From a virus, in IMG/VR virus record IMGVR_UViG_3300033127_000028, positions 1 to 55,688 of that record: a DNA stretch of 55,688 bases. One strand, written 5' to 3'. Under the pieces are notes generated by a model. That model had not been told where the DNA came from. It did not search any database and was given only the letters and a program-made list of their open reading frames with translations. Shown here one piece after another: positions 7,597-16,943 of this stretch; position 1 is the first letter of the stretch; each line of letters starts with the position of its first letter. A program made the position numbers and the translations under genes.

Positions 7597-8280
7597 ATGA
7601 AAATGACTTTTAACAGAAACCCTATGGCTTTGGGTAAAACTATTGAGCAACCTAGTCAGGAGCTGATTAAAAATACTCCTGCTTTACACAATGCCTCACT
7701 GGATGATGCTATTAAATTTGGGGGAGAGCTTACTAGACAGGCTCTAGGTGCTATGGATTTAACCTTTAGAAAAAAGCACATCATTGTAGACACTAAAGTA
7801 CATATGCTGATGCCCACTTTTTCACCTGCTTTGTCAGGTTGGCACAGTGATGGAGTTCCTAGAGGTGCAGAGCTTAATCCTACCTTAAAGAAAGCTCCCA
7901 ACATTCAAGCTCAAGAGCTTATGGATGAATCTATTTTTCATTTACTGGTTACTGGTCAAGGCTGTCTGACTCAATTCTTAGAGGAGCAGAATGTAGAGCT
8001 AGAAGTACCTGACAAGCCTGACAGTAATCTATATTCTATGATTAATAAACAGGTAACTGAGGGTATAGCTGAGGGCAAGTACACAGCCTTTGAGGTTGAT
8101 AGCTGCACAGCAGTTAGGTGGGATTGGTGGGAATTACACACAGCTCAACCTGCTAAGGAGCATGAGTGGAGATTTTTAATAAGAGTGACAGAGACTGATC
8201 TGCATGAGCCTAAGACTGATTTAAGAGATATTATCAGGACTCAGCAGCAGGTCTACCTACCTTCTAACTTTGGATGGTAA
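7597..8280 (+). CDS. Hypothetical protein, possibly a Fe(II)/2OG-dioxygenase-like fold
   Basis: GWHSDG (HxD) plus the distal HTAQPAKEHEWR resemble the PhyH-type facial triad. This is weak. Start chosen at the ATG after AGGAGG. Confidence 0.5.
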   Translation: MKMTFNRNPMALGKTIEQPSQELIKNTPALHNASLDDAIKFGGELTRQALGAMDLTFRKKHIIVDTKVHMLMPTFSPALSGWHSDGVPRGAELNPTLKKAPNIQAQELMDESIFHLLVTGQGCLTQFLEEQNVELEVPDKPDSNLYSMINKQVTEGIAEGKYTAFEVDSCTAVRWDWWELHTAQPAKEHEWRFLIRVTETDLHEPKTDLRDIIRTQQQVYLPSNFGW

Positions 8281-8288
8281 AACTGTGG

Positions 8289-8317
8289 CAGGGCTATTAT
8301 AGCCCTGTCTATTTTTT
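8289..8317 (+). terminator. Rho-independent terminator
   Basis: CAGGGCT-attat-AGCCCTG followed by a T-run. Confidence 0.75.
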
Positions 8318-8321
8318 GTGC

Positions 8322-8359
8322 TGTCACAGAGCTTGTCATCTTTTTCTAACTAAGGAGTG
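8322..8359 (+). promoter_or_regulatory. Class II phage promoter-like element
   Basis: TGTCACA-N17-CTAACTAAGGAGTG. Confidence 0.55.
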
Positions 8360-8382
8360 AGAAACCCTTAGGAGGAGAATGG

Positions 8383-9180
8383 ATGGTACAGCTAAAAAGT
8401 ACAGAAATTGAGAGGCTTTTGAGACTCCCTGAGTACTCACCTATAGAAAGACTGGACAAGTCCTCATTAACTAAAGAGGAACATGCTCAGATCAGGCAAG
8501 TGGAGGAAGTAGTAAGCTTTGGGCAGGACTTGATAGACCTATTTGACTGGATGATTGAGGCTAGAGGAACACTGCCCACACAAAAAGACTATGTAAACTC
8601 AGGAATCAATAAGATGCTGAAATGGTTATCTGAGAATAAGCCTGAGCTAGAGGTCACTACAGTGATGGTAGAGGCTTGTAAGACTAGATTAACAAGGACT
8701 TACATGAGTAAAGTGATTGAACTGCACTTTGAGGCTAGTATCAGAGAGCATAAGGCTGATTTTAAGATTATTACTCATCCTTTAATAGATTCAGTAATGG
8801 GTGTAGATGCTGTGATTGAGGATAACAGGAAAAGATACTATATACATATCACCTCTAATACACCAATGGCTATTAAGCTGCTTAAAGTGAAGGAGTCAAG
8901 AGGTGGTTATAAGCTTGGCAATGCTTTTATTAAGTACAATAGAGACTTTAATGGTGACATCATGCTTAAATATGACATCCACACTGAGACTGACACTACA
9001 ATGATCATCAATGGCTTTCCCTTATTAAGACCTGAATTTGTCCAGTGGAGACTTTTACTTGCAGGAGACTCTGATACAGCAGGTGAGTCACTGGATATTC
9101 CATACAGTAAGCTAGATCACTTCACAGACTGGGCAAAGCATCAACTTAAACAGGATATACAGTTAAAAAGAGGAGCATAG
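8383..9180 (+). CDS. Hypothetical protein (265 aa)
   Basis: GGAGGAG RBS. No motif recognised. Confidence 0.6.
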   Translation: MVQLKSTEIERLLRLPEYSPIERLDKSSLTKEEHAQIRQVEEVVSFGQDLIDLFDWMIEARGTLPTQKDYVNSGINKMLKWLSENKPELEVTTVMVEACKTRLTRTYMSKVIELHFEASIREHKADFKIITHPLIDSVMGVDAVIEDNRKRYYIHITSNTPMAIKLLKVKESRGGYKLGNAFIKYNRDFNGDIMLKYDIHTETDTTMIINGFPLLRPEFVQWRLLLAGDSDTAGESLDIPYSKLDHFTDWAKHQLKQDIQLKRGA

Positions 9181-9197
9181 CTGCCCCTCTTTTTTTT

Positions 9198-9584
9198 TTA
9201 TGCTTTTATTGAAGATAGTAGCTCTTTAGCTTTGCCTGTATCAGCAGTCTCAAGCAGATACTCACACAATTCCTTACAAAGACCTTGCTTATGTAAGCTA
9301 TAGAGTAATTCCTCTACAGATACCTCTTTTCCAGTACCATTCTTTACAATTTTTTCAAAGTCTTTAAAAGTTACATCTTTGGCATCCTGCAAAGATTTAG
9401 GTAGCCCCACCTGTGGGAATGTGCTGAGGTATCTTTCAAGGATTGCTTGCTGTTTCTCCTCAGGTAAAGCAGCACCATACTTCAAGGCTGCTAGGCAGAC
9501 AGTTATCTCAGAGATTAAATGATCATCCTCCTGAGTCAGCCCTTGATCTTCTCTCCACTCATGAAATTCTTTAATGTCTTGCAT
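9198..9584 (-). CDS. Hypothetical protein (128 aa from MQDIKEF)
   Basis: AAGGAGGG RBS before the ATG at 9584. The track ORF extends to 9620. Confidence 0.5.
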   Translation of the reverse strand: MQDIKEFHEWREDQGLTQEDDHLISEITVCLAALKYGAALPEEKQQAILERYLSTFPQVGLPKSLQDAKDVTFKDFEKIVKNGTGKEVSVEELLYSLHKQGLCKELCEYLLETADTGKAKELLSSIKA

Positions 9585-9653
9585 CTTATTAATCCCTCCT
9601 TGTATCCACAAGGTTAACAAATTAGTTAAATTTTTACTAGAGACTATTTAACC

Positions 9654-10157
9654 TTATAAAAAGAACCAGTCAGCCACCCTAAGCAGGAAAGCTACACCTG
9701 TAGTAATATTATGAGCTACTCCTTTTGTTACTCCAGCGTCTTTTAAGATTTCTGGAAGCTTCTTCTTAACAGTATCAATGATGTTATCTACATCTAACCA
9801 TTGTTTAAGTGCCTTAGAGATTACTCCTTTATTTCTTTTAAATGATCTAGCAGTGTTGCCATCCATAATATTGTAGGTTTTTAAGATATCCACTACCCAG
9901 TCAATACTACCATCTAAAGCTCTAATTAAACCCAGTATAGCCTCTCTTTTTACTTTCTTAGTGGATGCAATAGGGTCATTTTCTTCTTTAACTGCTTGCG
10001 CTGCTCTTTGTAACTCAGTTGATTGTAGCTTTGTGTATACTTCTTGCTTTGGTACAGGTTCTTTCTCAGCAGCCTTTGCATCAGCAAAAGGTATGAAGAT
10101 TGTGGCAGTAACTGCCAAAGCTGTGACTCTTGCTAAAACTCTTTTCATTTTGATCAT
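9654..10157 (-). CDS. Secreted protein with signal peptide and hydrophobic C-terminus
   Basis: MKRVLARVTALAVTATIFIPFADAKAAE signal sequence, AAGGAG RBS, and the C-terminal hydrophobic stretch GVAFLLRVADWFFL. Confidence 0.55.
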   Translation of the reverse strand: MIKMKRVLARVTALAVTATIFIPFADAKAAEKEPVPKQEVYTKLQSTELQRAAQAVKEENDPIASTKKVKREAILGLIRALDGSIDWVVDILKTYNIMDGNTARSFKRNKGVISKALKQWLDVDNIIDTVKKKLPEILKDAGVTKGVAHNITTGVAFLLRVADWFFL

Positions 10158-10349
10158 TCCATTACACTCCTTTTGATCTGTATTGTGTGGGAAAATATGA
10201 TGCCTAAATATATACTATATAGGAATCATTAACCATCCCGCATATATTAGTTTATCAATGTAAAAATTAGGAGTAAACTGGGTTATTATCTCATTCTTTC
10301 CTAGTATTTTCCTCACACAATACAGTATCAAAAAAGTTTCAAAAATTTA

Positions 10350-10378
10350 TTTACACATATGTGTAATAATGATATGAT
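10350..10378 (+). promoter_or_regulatory. Class I promoter with a perfect 16-bp palindromic operator
   Basis: TTTACA-N17-TATGAT. TTACACATATGTGTAA lies at 10351-10366, with upstream TATCAAAAAAGTTTCAAAAAT A-tracts. Confidence 0.65.
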
Positions 10379-10412
10379 GAATACAAGTTAAAGAGATCAG
10401 GAGTGAAATATA

Positions 10413-11171
10413 ATGGAAAAGAGATATACAGTTAAGTCTAATGGAACTACAGAAGAAGGTAAAAAGTTTTGGCAGGTCTATGATAAAGAGGTTGAAAAAT
10501 TTCTTACTCAGTTTGAGGGTGGGAGATTTGCGCTACAGGACATTGCTAAGCAGTTGAATAAGGGTACTCTTACATTAGAGGAGAAGTCTACAAAGACTGT
10601 AGGTTACATGAGGGTTTCTACAAAATTAGAGACTCAAGTATTTGACAGACAAGAGGAGCAGCTAAAGGCTTTAGGTGTTGATAAGATTTATCAAGACAGA
10701 ATGTCAGGAGCTAAGAGGGAAAGACCTGAGCTTAACAGGATGTTAGATGAGTTAGAAGAAGGAGACACAGTTATCATTGTAGCAATTGATAGGCTGAGCA
10801 GGTCAACTAAAGACCTTCTTGAGATTGTGGAGATCATTAAAAACAAAGGCGCACAGCTAAAGTCTATTAATGATACATGGTTAGACACTACATCTAGCAA
10901 CCCTATGTCTGACTTTCTTCTTACAGTTATGGGAGCTTTAGGGCAGATGGAGAGGGCTTTAGCTACTCAAAGGGTGAGAGAAGGTCTTGAGGTTGCCAAA
11001 GTGAAAGGAACTAGACTAGGCAGACCTAAGAAAAGTAAGAAGAAGGTAGACCATGCTTTAGAGCTTTACAAAAAAGGAGAGCATACAGTCTCTGAGATTA
11101 CTTCTATCACAGGAGTTTCAAGAGCTACCCTTTATAGAGCTATTAAAACTCTTGAGGAGGCTGCTCAGTGA
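10413..11171 (+). CDS. Small serine recombinase (resolvase/invertase family) with an approximately 60-aa N-terminal extension
   Basis: GYMRVSTKLETQ catalytic Ser motif, AIDRLSRS, GRPKK, and the C-terminal HTH VSEITSITGVSRATLYRAIK. Confidence 0.8.
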   Translation: MEKRYTVKSNGTTEEGKKFWQVYDKEVEKFLTQFEGGRFALQDIAKQLNKGTLTLEEKSTKTVGYMRVSTKLETQVFDRQEEQLKALGVDKIYQDRMSGAKRERPELNRMLDELEEGDTVIIVAIDRLSRSTKDLLEIVEIIKNKGAQLKSINDTWLDTTSSNPMSDFLLTVMGALGQMERALATQRVREGLEVAKVKGTRLGRPKKSKKKVDHALELYKKGEHTVSEITSITGVSRATLYRAIKTLEEAAQ

Positions 11172-11298
11172 AACATTTCATAGACAGCCTCATACTTTAC
11201 TACTTTATAAGAGAGGTAGAAAATGAGGAAGGAAATGAGAAGGCTATAGAGTTAAAGAAGATGGCTTTTAAATATATAGAGAAAGAGGAAGATTCCCA

Positions 11299-11739
11299 AT
11301 GAAGGTCTACAGTGAGGAACAGATAGCCACAGCTAAAAAACTGCTCTCTCAAAATTTTTCCTACAGGGAAGTACAGGAGGCTACTGGCATACCTAAGCCT
11401 AGCCTCTACTACTATGCAAGGCAGGTAGGTAGGAAGGTGCAGCAGGTAACTACTCCTGATGATGTCAGAGCTAAAGTGTTGCAGATGTACATAGAGGATG
11501 TTGCCCTTGAAAAGATTATATCAGAGGCAGGTGTGGGGAGGGATACTATCAGAAGGATAGCCAGTGATGCAGGTCTGCCTCCTAGAAAGAAGAAAGTACA
11601 GTACACACCTGAGCAGGCAGCTAAGGCAGTTGATTTATATATTAACAGCAGCATGACTGTCATGGACATTTGTGCAGAGGTTGGTATAGATAAGAGGATA
11701 TTATATAAACATTTGAATGAACTGGAAGGAGGCAGCTAA
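11299..11739 (+). CDS. Candidate terminase small subunit (three HTH-like repeats)
   Basis: Directly upstream of TerL. Repeated motifs of the form Y(R/K)EVQEATGIPKPSLYYY, IISEAGVGRDTIRRI and DICAEVGIDKRILYKH. Confidence 0.45.
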   Translation: MKVYSEEQIATAKKLLSQNFSYREVQEATGIPKPSLYYYARQVGRKVQQVTTPDDVRAKVLQMYIEDVALEKIISEAGVGRDTIRRIASDAGLPPRKKKVQYTPEQAAKAVDLYINSSMTVMDICAEVGIDKRILYKHLNELEGGS

Positions 11740-11797
11740 GGCTGTCTCTTTTTTCATGCCCTCACCTTTATAGCTCAACCCTCAGATGCTCTAGTAA

Positions 11798-13609
11798 GTG
11801 GCTAACAAGATAGGGTTAGCTGAGAGATTGAGAATAAAGGGGAGAAAGTCAACTATGTTATCAATGGATTTAATTAGTTGGGTAAAAGCTACTCCTATTG
11901 GTGATGTTAAGGAGTATGCTGCAAGGCTAGAAGGTAAGATTGAAGAAATGAGGGTAGATACTCTCCATTTTATTAATGAGGGAAATAGAGACTCAGCAGA
12001 GGAGCTGCTTGAGGAGATCAAATACTATAGCAGGGTTTACAGGATGACTAGAGGCTACTTTGATAGTCTCTTTTTTGCGTATGAATACTTTTCAGATGAC
12101 AAAAATCCTGAGAATGAGACTAACCTGATTCCTAAAGGTGTGGACATTGAGGATGCTCCTGATTTTCATAGGGAGCTGACAGCTAAACTGGATGAACTGA
12201 CCACTATCAACCCTACAAAAAATATCTGTTGGGGTTCTTCTAGGGGCAGTGGTAAATCAGCATACCTATCCAATGTCTATCCTACCCATGCTGTAGTTTA
12301 TGGCACTAGAAAGTACATTGTAATCATTTCAGAGACTGTCTCAATGTCTCAAAACTTTGTAGAGTTTATTTCCACTAACTTGAAGTCTAACAAAAAGTTA
12401 AGGGATGACTTTGGTGAGCATCTTTCTCCCAACAAAAAGGCTAACCCTGAGGATAATCAAGAGGGCTTTGTGACCTTCTCTGAGATCAAAGTGCAGTCAT
12501 CCTCTATGGGAGGTCAGTTGAGGGGTTCAAGGTTTAAAAATGCTAGACCTGACTTAATCTGCTGTGATGATTTAGAGTCAGCTAAGAATACAAACACTAA
12601 AGACCTGAGGGATAAAAACTTGCACTGGTTTAACTCAGTGGTAGTACCTTTGGGAGACCCTAAAAAGACATCCATCATTTATATGGGAACATTAGTACAT
12701 GGTCAAGGACTGCTGCCTAACATTATGAAAAGAAGCAGCTATGACTCAAAGATGTATTCAGCAGTTATCTCTGAGCCAGTACATCAAGATTACTGGGAGA
12801 AAGTAGAGAACATACTAAGGGATGTAGACAACCCATACAGAGAAGCTGAGGCAACTGCTTTTTACCATGAAAATAGGGAGATCATGGATGAAGGGGTAGA
12901 GGTGCTGTGGGAGGACAGGTTTAACTATTTTGATCTGATCATGAAAAAGATTGAGATTGGTAGCAGAGCCTTTTCATCTGAGTATCTTAATAAGCCTAGT
13001 GATGATGAGTCTGTAATCTTTAGAGAGGATTATTTTCAGTACTTTGATGATGCTGATTTATTCATTGAGGATATACATGGCAGAAGTAGATTTAATCATC
13101 ATTTAGATATTGTAGGATTTTGGGATATTGCAATGGGTAAAAATAGCAGGTCTGACTACAATGCTATTAATATCATTGCAAGGGATAGAAGGACAGGGGC
13201 TGTATATGTCCTAGAGAGTTGGGCTAAGAAGTGTACACCTTCTCAAGCTATGGATGTAGCACTGGGCTTTATTGAGAAATATCAGCCTAAAAAGTTTGGG
13301 GTTGAGACCATTCAAGCACAGTATGACATTTTCAGACAGATGCAGTCTAGGGCAGTGCAGAGAGGTCTGTACTTTACAAGAATAGTGCCAGTTAACCCTA
13401 CTACTAGGAAGGAGTCAAGGATTGAGGCTCTTGAGCCACTTTTTGAGCAAGGAGTCATCAGAATTAAGAAGAATCAAAGGATTTTACAGGAGCAACTGCT
13501 GCAATATCCTAACCATGACCATGATGACAGCATTGACTCTCTAGCATCTGCAATAGGGATGACTAGGGTTAATAAGAGAGGATTTTGGTACAAGCCTGAG
13601 GGGGTTTAA
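11798..13609 (+). CDS. terL: Terminase large subunit
   Basis: Walker A GSSRGSGKS, Walker B LICCDDLES and a C-terminal nuclease region. The true start may be ATG 11855 (after AAGGGGAG). Confidence 0.9.
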   Translation: MANKIGLAERLRIKGRKSTMLSMDLISWVKATPIGDVKEYAARLEGKIEEMRVDTLHFINEGNRDSAEELLEEIKYYSRVYRMTRGYFDSLFFAYEYFSDDKNPENETNLIPKGVDIEDAPDFHRELTAKLDELTTINPTKNICWGSSRGSGKSAYLSNVYPTHAVVYGTRKYIVIISETVSMSQNFVEFISTNLKSNKKLRDDFGEHLSPNKKANPEDNQEGFVTFSEIKVQSSSMGGQLRGSRFKNARPDLICCDDLESAKNTNTKDLRDKNLHWFNSVVVPLGDPKKTSIIYMGTLVHGQGLLPNIMKRSSYDSKMYSAVISEPVHQDYWEKVENILRDVDNPYREAEATAFYHENREIMDEGVEVLWEDRFNYFDLIMKKIEIGSRAFSSEYLNKPSDDESVIFREDYFQYFDDADLFIEDIHGRSRFNHHLDIVGFWDIAMGKNSRSDYNAINIIARDRRTGAVYVLESWAKKCTPSQAMDVALGFIEKYQPKKFGVETIQAQYDIFRQMQSRAVQRGLYFTRIVPVNPTTRKESRIEALEPLFEQGVIRIKKNQRILQEQLLQYPNHDHDDSIDSLASAIGMTRVNKRGFWYKPEGV

Positions 13610-13652
13610 CCCTTTGGGCTTTTTTTATTGCAATTATTAAGGAGGAGAAGGA

Positions 13653-15200
13653 ATGTCCACATTTAATCAGATGTTTTCAAAGGGAGAGTTTTATCCTCCA
13701 ATTGAGCATAAAGACAGGATTAACAGATACAAAGAAAATAAGCTCTTATTTGAGGGGAAGCATGGGGAGCTTTTCAGAAAACACAATTTCAATAGGCATG
13801 GCAGGATGTATGTTTCTGTTAACCTAGCAGGCATTATTGCTAAGAAGTCAGCAGACTTTCTTATTGGTGATGGTGTACAAATATCAGCAGGTAAAGAGGA
13901 TAACAGTAAAGAGCAGTTAGCTTTAGACAGGCTTAAAGATGAGAATGACCTTGACATCCTTTTCTATGAGTCAGCACTAGCCAATGCTTACAGGGGAGAC
14001 AGCTTCTTTAAGGTTAGATATGGTCAGGAATATGGTGGAGAAGTTGATACTCTGTTTGATGAGCCTAGAGTCATTATTGAGTCTATCAATGCAAGCTATG
14101 TTTTCCCTGAGGTTGCCAAGCACAATAATAACCTTATTACTGCTTATCATGTAGCTATCCCTGTGAGGCTTGATGGTGAGTCTGAGGAGATCATGGATAG
14201 TAGGTGGGTACTTAATATTGAGAGTCATTATGCAGGTAGAATCATTTACAATCAGTTTGAGTTATCTGTAATGGTCACAGAAGCTGATGGCACTCCTATT
14301 GACTTCAAGATTGGAAACCCTACTAGAAGCCCTCAGGAGGTCATTACAGGTGTGCCAGTGCCTTTGGTAGTCCATATACCTAACTTTGCAGTAGATGACC
14401 ACTGGGAGGGGTTAGATGACCTCTCAGAGCTAAAGCCCTTGTTTGATGAGCTTAATAATAGATTGAGCCAAGTTGCTAGTATCCTAGACAAACATAGTGA
14501 CCCTGCTCTAGCGCTTCCTATGGGCTTACTGACTGAGGATGAGCATGGTAGACCTATTTTCAATGTGGCTAATTCTAAGGTGTTTGAGATTGATGGAAAC
14601 TCTAAAGACATCATCCCCCAGTATGTCACATGGAATGGGCAACTACAGGAAGCTTACTCAGAGATTGATAGGATTTTAGAAATGATCTTGATGACTGCTG
14701 AAATTCCTGCTGTGGCACTGGGTAAAGGTGACTCAGGTACATCAGGCAGCTCAGGATTAGCTATCAGATTTAGGCTTAACTCTCTATTAGCTAAGATCAA
14801 AAGGAAAAGAAAGTATTATGAGAAGGGCTTAAAGAGAGTCTTTGTTATTGCACAGCACTTAGAGACTGTAGTTGGTATGGCTGATTATGAAATCACAGCA
14901 CCTAAGATGACATTCACTGATGGTCTTGATAAAGATGATCTAGCAGAGGCTAACCTAGTAGCAATGAGGACTGGTGGAGCTGTAACAATGTCTCAAAAAA
15001 CTGCCATTATGAAACTTGATGGACTGACTGAGGAGCAGGCTGAGTCAGAAATCAAGAGGATTGAGGAGGAGCAGTCAGCAGTAGCTGAGAAAGAGGCTAC
15101 TGCAAGCCCATCTATTTTCAATGATATTGATGATGAGGATGAGGATGCTGATGAGCAGCCAGTAGAAGAAACAGAAGAAACTGAGGAGGAGCAGGCGTAA
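13653..15200 (+). CDS. Portal protein (SPP1 gp6-like)
   Basis: 515 aa directly after TerL, with an acidic C-terminal tail. Confidence 0.85.
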   Translation: MSTFNQMFSKGEFYPPIEHKDRINRYKENKLLFEGKHGELFRKHNFNRHGRMYVSVNLAGIIAKKSADFLIGDGVQISAGKEDNSKEQLALDRLKDENDLDILFYESALANAYRGDSFFKVRYGQEYGGEVDTLFDEPRVIIESINASYVFPEVAKHNNNLITAYHVAIPVRLDGESEEIMDSRWVLNIESHYAGRIIYNQFELSVMVTEADGTPIDFKIGNPTRSPQEVITGVPVPLVVHIPNFAVDDHWEGLDDLSELKPLFDELNNRLSQVASILDKHSDPALALPMGLLTEDEHGRPIFNVANSKVFEIDGNSKDIIPQYVTWNGQLQEAYSEIDRILEMILMTAEIPAVALGKGDSGTSGSSGLAIRFRLNSLLAKIKRKRKYYEKGLKRVFVIAQHLETVVGMADYEITAPKMTFTDGLDKDDLAEANLVAMRTGGAVTMSQKTAIMKLDGLTEEQAESEIKRIEEEQSAVAEKEATASPSIFNDIDDEDEDADEQPVEETEETEEEQA

Positions 15201-15237
15201 GCCTGTTTCTCTTTTTTATTTATAGGGAGGTTTGAGG

Positions 15238-16185
15238 ATGGCTGAAATTCCCACACCAAAGTACAAGAGGGATAGAAAGAGAATTGCTAAGAAGTTAGCT
15301 CAGCACTATAAGAGAATGCATGATTTTCTAATATTGCAGCTACAGTTTAACCCTGATGACCCAAAGACAATTCATGAGGCACAGATCATGAGGCAGATAA
15401 ACTACTACCTCAGTGAATTAAATAGAGACCTACATCAAGAAATTCAGGCACTTGTTGATAAAGCTTTCAAGGATGGTCAGGCACACCATTTGCTGTCTGT
15501 CAAAGAGGCTAAGTCTTGGGATGATGCTTTAAAAGGTATTTCTTTTAATACTATCCAAAGGCAGAAGCTTGAGGCTCTGATGTCTGATACTTATGAGGAT
15601 ATTTTAGCTGCTACTGAGAATACCTCTGACCATATTAAACAGGTTGTAAGGAAAACTGTCTCAAAAGTAGCTCAATATCACTCACTGACTAATGGCAACT
15701 ATGCTGATATGCAGAAAGACCTACTTAAAGAGCTGTCTCAAAAAGGTCTCAGTAAGACAATTCAAAAGGAGGGCTTTGTAGGCATCAAAGATAGGGCAGG
15801 TAGGAAATGGGATATAGGCACTTATACAAAGATGGTAGTTACTACTAAGACTAATCAGGCTTTTGTGGAAGGTGTTATGCATGAGTCCATTGAGACAGGT
15901 TTTGATCTTGCTGTCATTTCAGATCATGGTGCTGAGGATGCTTGTAGAAAATGGGAGGGTGTGGTCATTTCTCTCAGGGGTAAGACAAAAGGTTATATCA
16001 CCTACAAGCAGGCAAGAGCTACTAATGAGATTTTTCATCCTAACTGTGAGCATGGCATCCACTCTATTAGATCACTAGATATGCTGCATAAAGATGATAT
16101 TTCCAAGCATCATCAGAGGATGAGGTCTATAGGTAATGTAGATGCTAGAAAGTATGTCAGGAAGAAGAAAAAAGCAAAGAAATAA
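15238..16185 (+). CDS. Head morphogenesis / minor capsid protein (SPP1 gp7 / Mu F family)
   Basis: Position after the portal gene. The C-terminal FHPNCEH resembles the HPNCRC motif of the family. Confidence 0.7.
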   Translation: MAEIPTPKYKRDRKRIAKKLAQHYKRMHDFLILQLQFNPDDPKTIHEAQIMRQINYYLSELNRDLHQEIQALVDKAFKDGQAHHLLSVKEAKSWDDALKGISFNTIQRQKLEALMSDTYEDILAATENTSDHIKQVVRKTVSKVAQYHSLTNGNYADMQKDLLKELSQKGLSKTIQKEGFVGIKDRAGRKWDIGTYTKMVVTTKTNQAFVEGVMHESIETGFDLAVISDHGAEDACRKWEGVVISLRGKTKGYITYKQARATNEIFHPNCEHGIHSIRSLDMLHKDDISKHHQRMRSIGNVDARKYVRKKKKAKK

Positions 16186-16278
16186 AAGTTTTTTACTATT
16201 TTACTTTATTTCACCTATGCTGCTTGGACATATAGGTGACTCAGGTAGAGAGCCTGAGAGTGAGAGAGGAGGAGTAAC

Positions 16279-16872
16279 ATGCTTGATGAAGTTGTACAGC
16301 CTGAGGCAACTAAGCCTGAAACAATCACTGAGGAAGTAAAAGAACCTGAGGTGACTGTCAAGGTAGAGGTGGAAGAAAAAGAGCCTGAGACTAAAGAAGA
16401 AGTTAAAGAGCCTGAGACTAAAGCAAAAGAGGAAGTCACAGAGCCTGAGAAGAAACCTACTGAGCCTGCTACTGATAAAGAAGCTGCTAAAGAGTTGGAA
16501 GATGCTAAAGGTCAGTTATCTGACAAAGTTAAAGAAGTCTCCACACTGTCAGCTAAGTTAGAAAAAGCAGAGGCAAAAAGTGTAGAGCTAGAATCTCAAG
16601 TCAAGTCACTTTCTACTGTTGTAGAGTCAATGGTTGACAATAAAGTTAAAGCAATTCCTGAGGAGTTTCATGCACTTATCCCTGAGGGTGATGCAGTTGC
16701 TAAGTTAGCATGGATTACTAAAGCAGAGGAAAGTGGAATCTTTAACAAACAGTCAAATATCTCTGAGATTGGTAAACCTATGGAGCTAACTCAGAAGGAT
16801 GCAAAAGCAGTGACAAAGATGAGTCCTCAACAAAAGATGTCTCATTATTTTAGTCAAGCATTTTCAAAATAA
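16279..16872 (+). CDS. Scaffolding protein
   Basis: Acidic KEPE(T/V) repeats and a coiled coil, immediately upstream of the capsid gene. Confidence 0.7.
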   Translation: MLDEVVQPEATKPETITEEVKEPEVTVKVEVEEKEPETKEEVKEPETKAKEEVTEPEKKPTEPATDKEAAKELEDAKGQLSDKVKEVSTLSAKLEKAEAKSVELESQVKSLSTVVESMVDNKVKAIPEEFHALIPEGDAVAKLAWITKAEESGIFNKQSNISEIGKPMELTQKDAKAVTKMSPQQKMSHYFSQAFSK

Positions 16873-16943
16873 TAACTATTAGAAAAGGCAGGGAGCTAAA
16901 GGCTCTCTTTTTTAATGCCTAAAATTCAAGGGGGAAATAAAAC

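Noticed and set aside
10323-10347. TATCAAAAA motifs as hix/gix-like crossover sites for the small recombinase.
   Set aside because: The half-sites are in direct rather than inverted orientation and lack a central crossover dinucleotide arrangement. They also sit exactly where UP elements would be.
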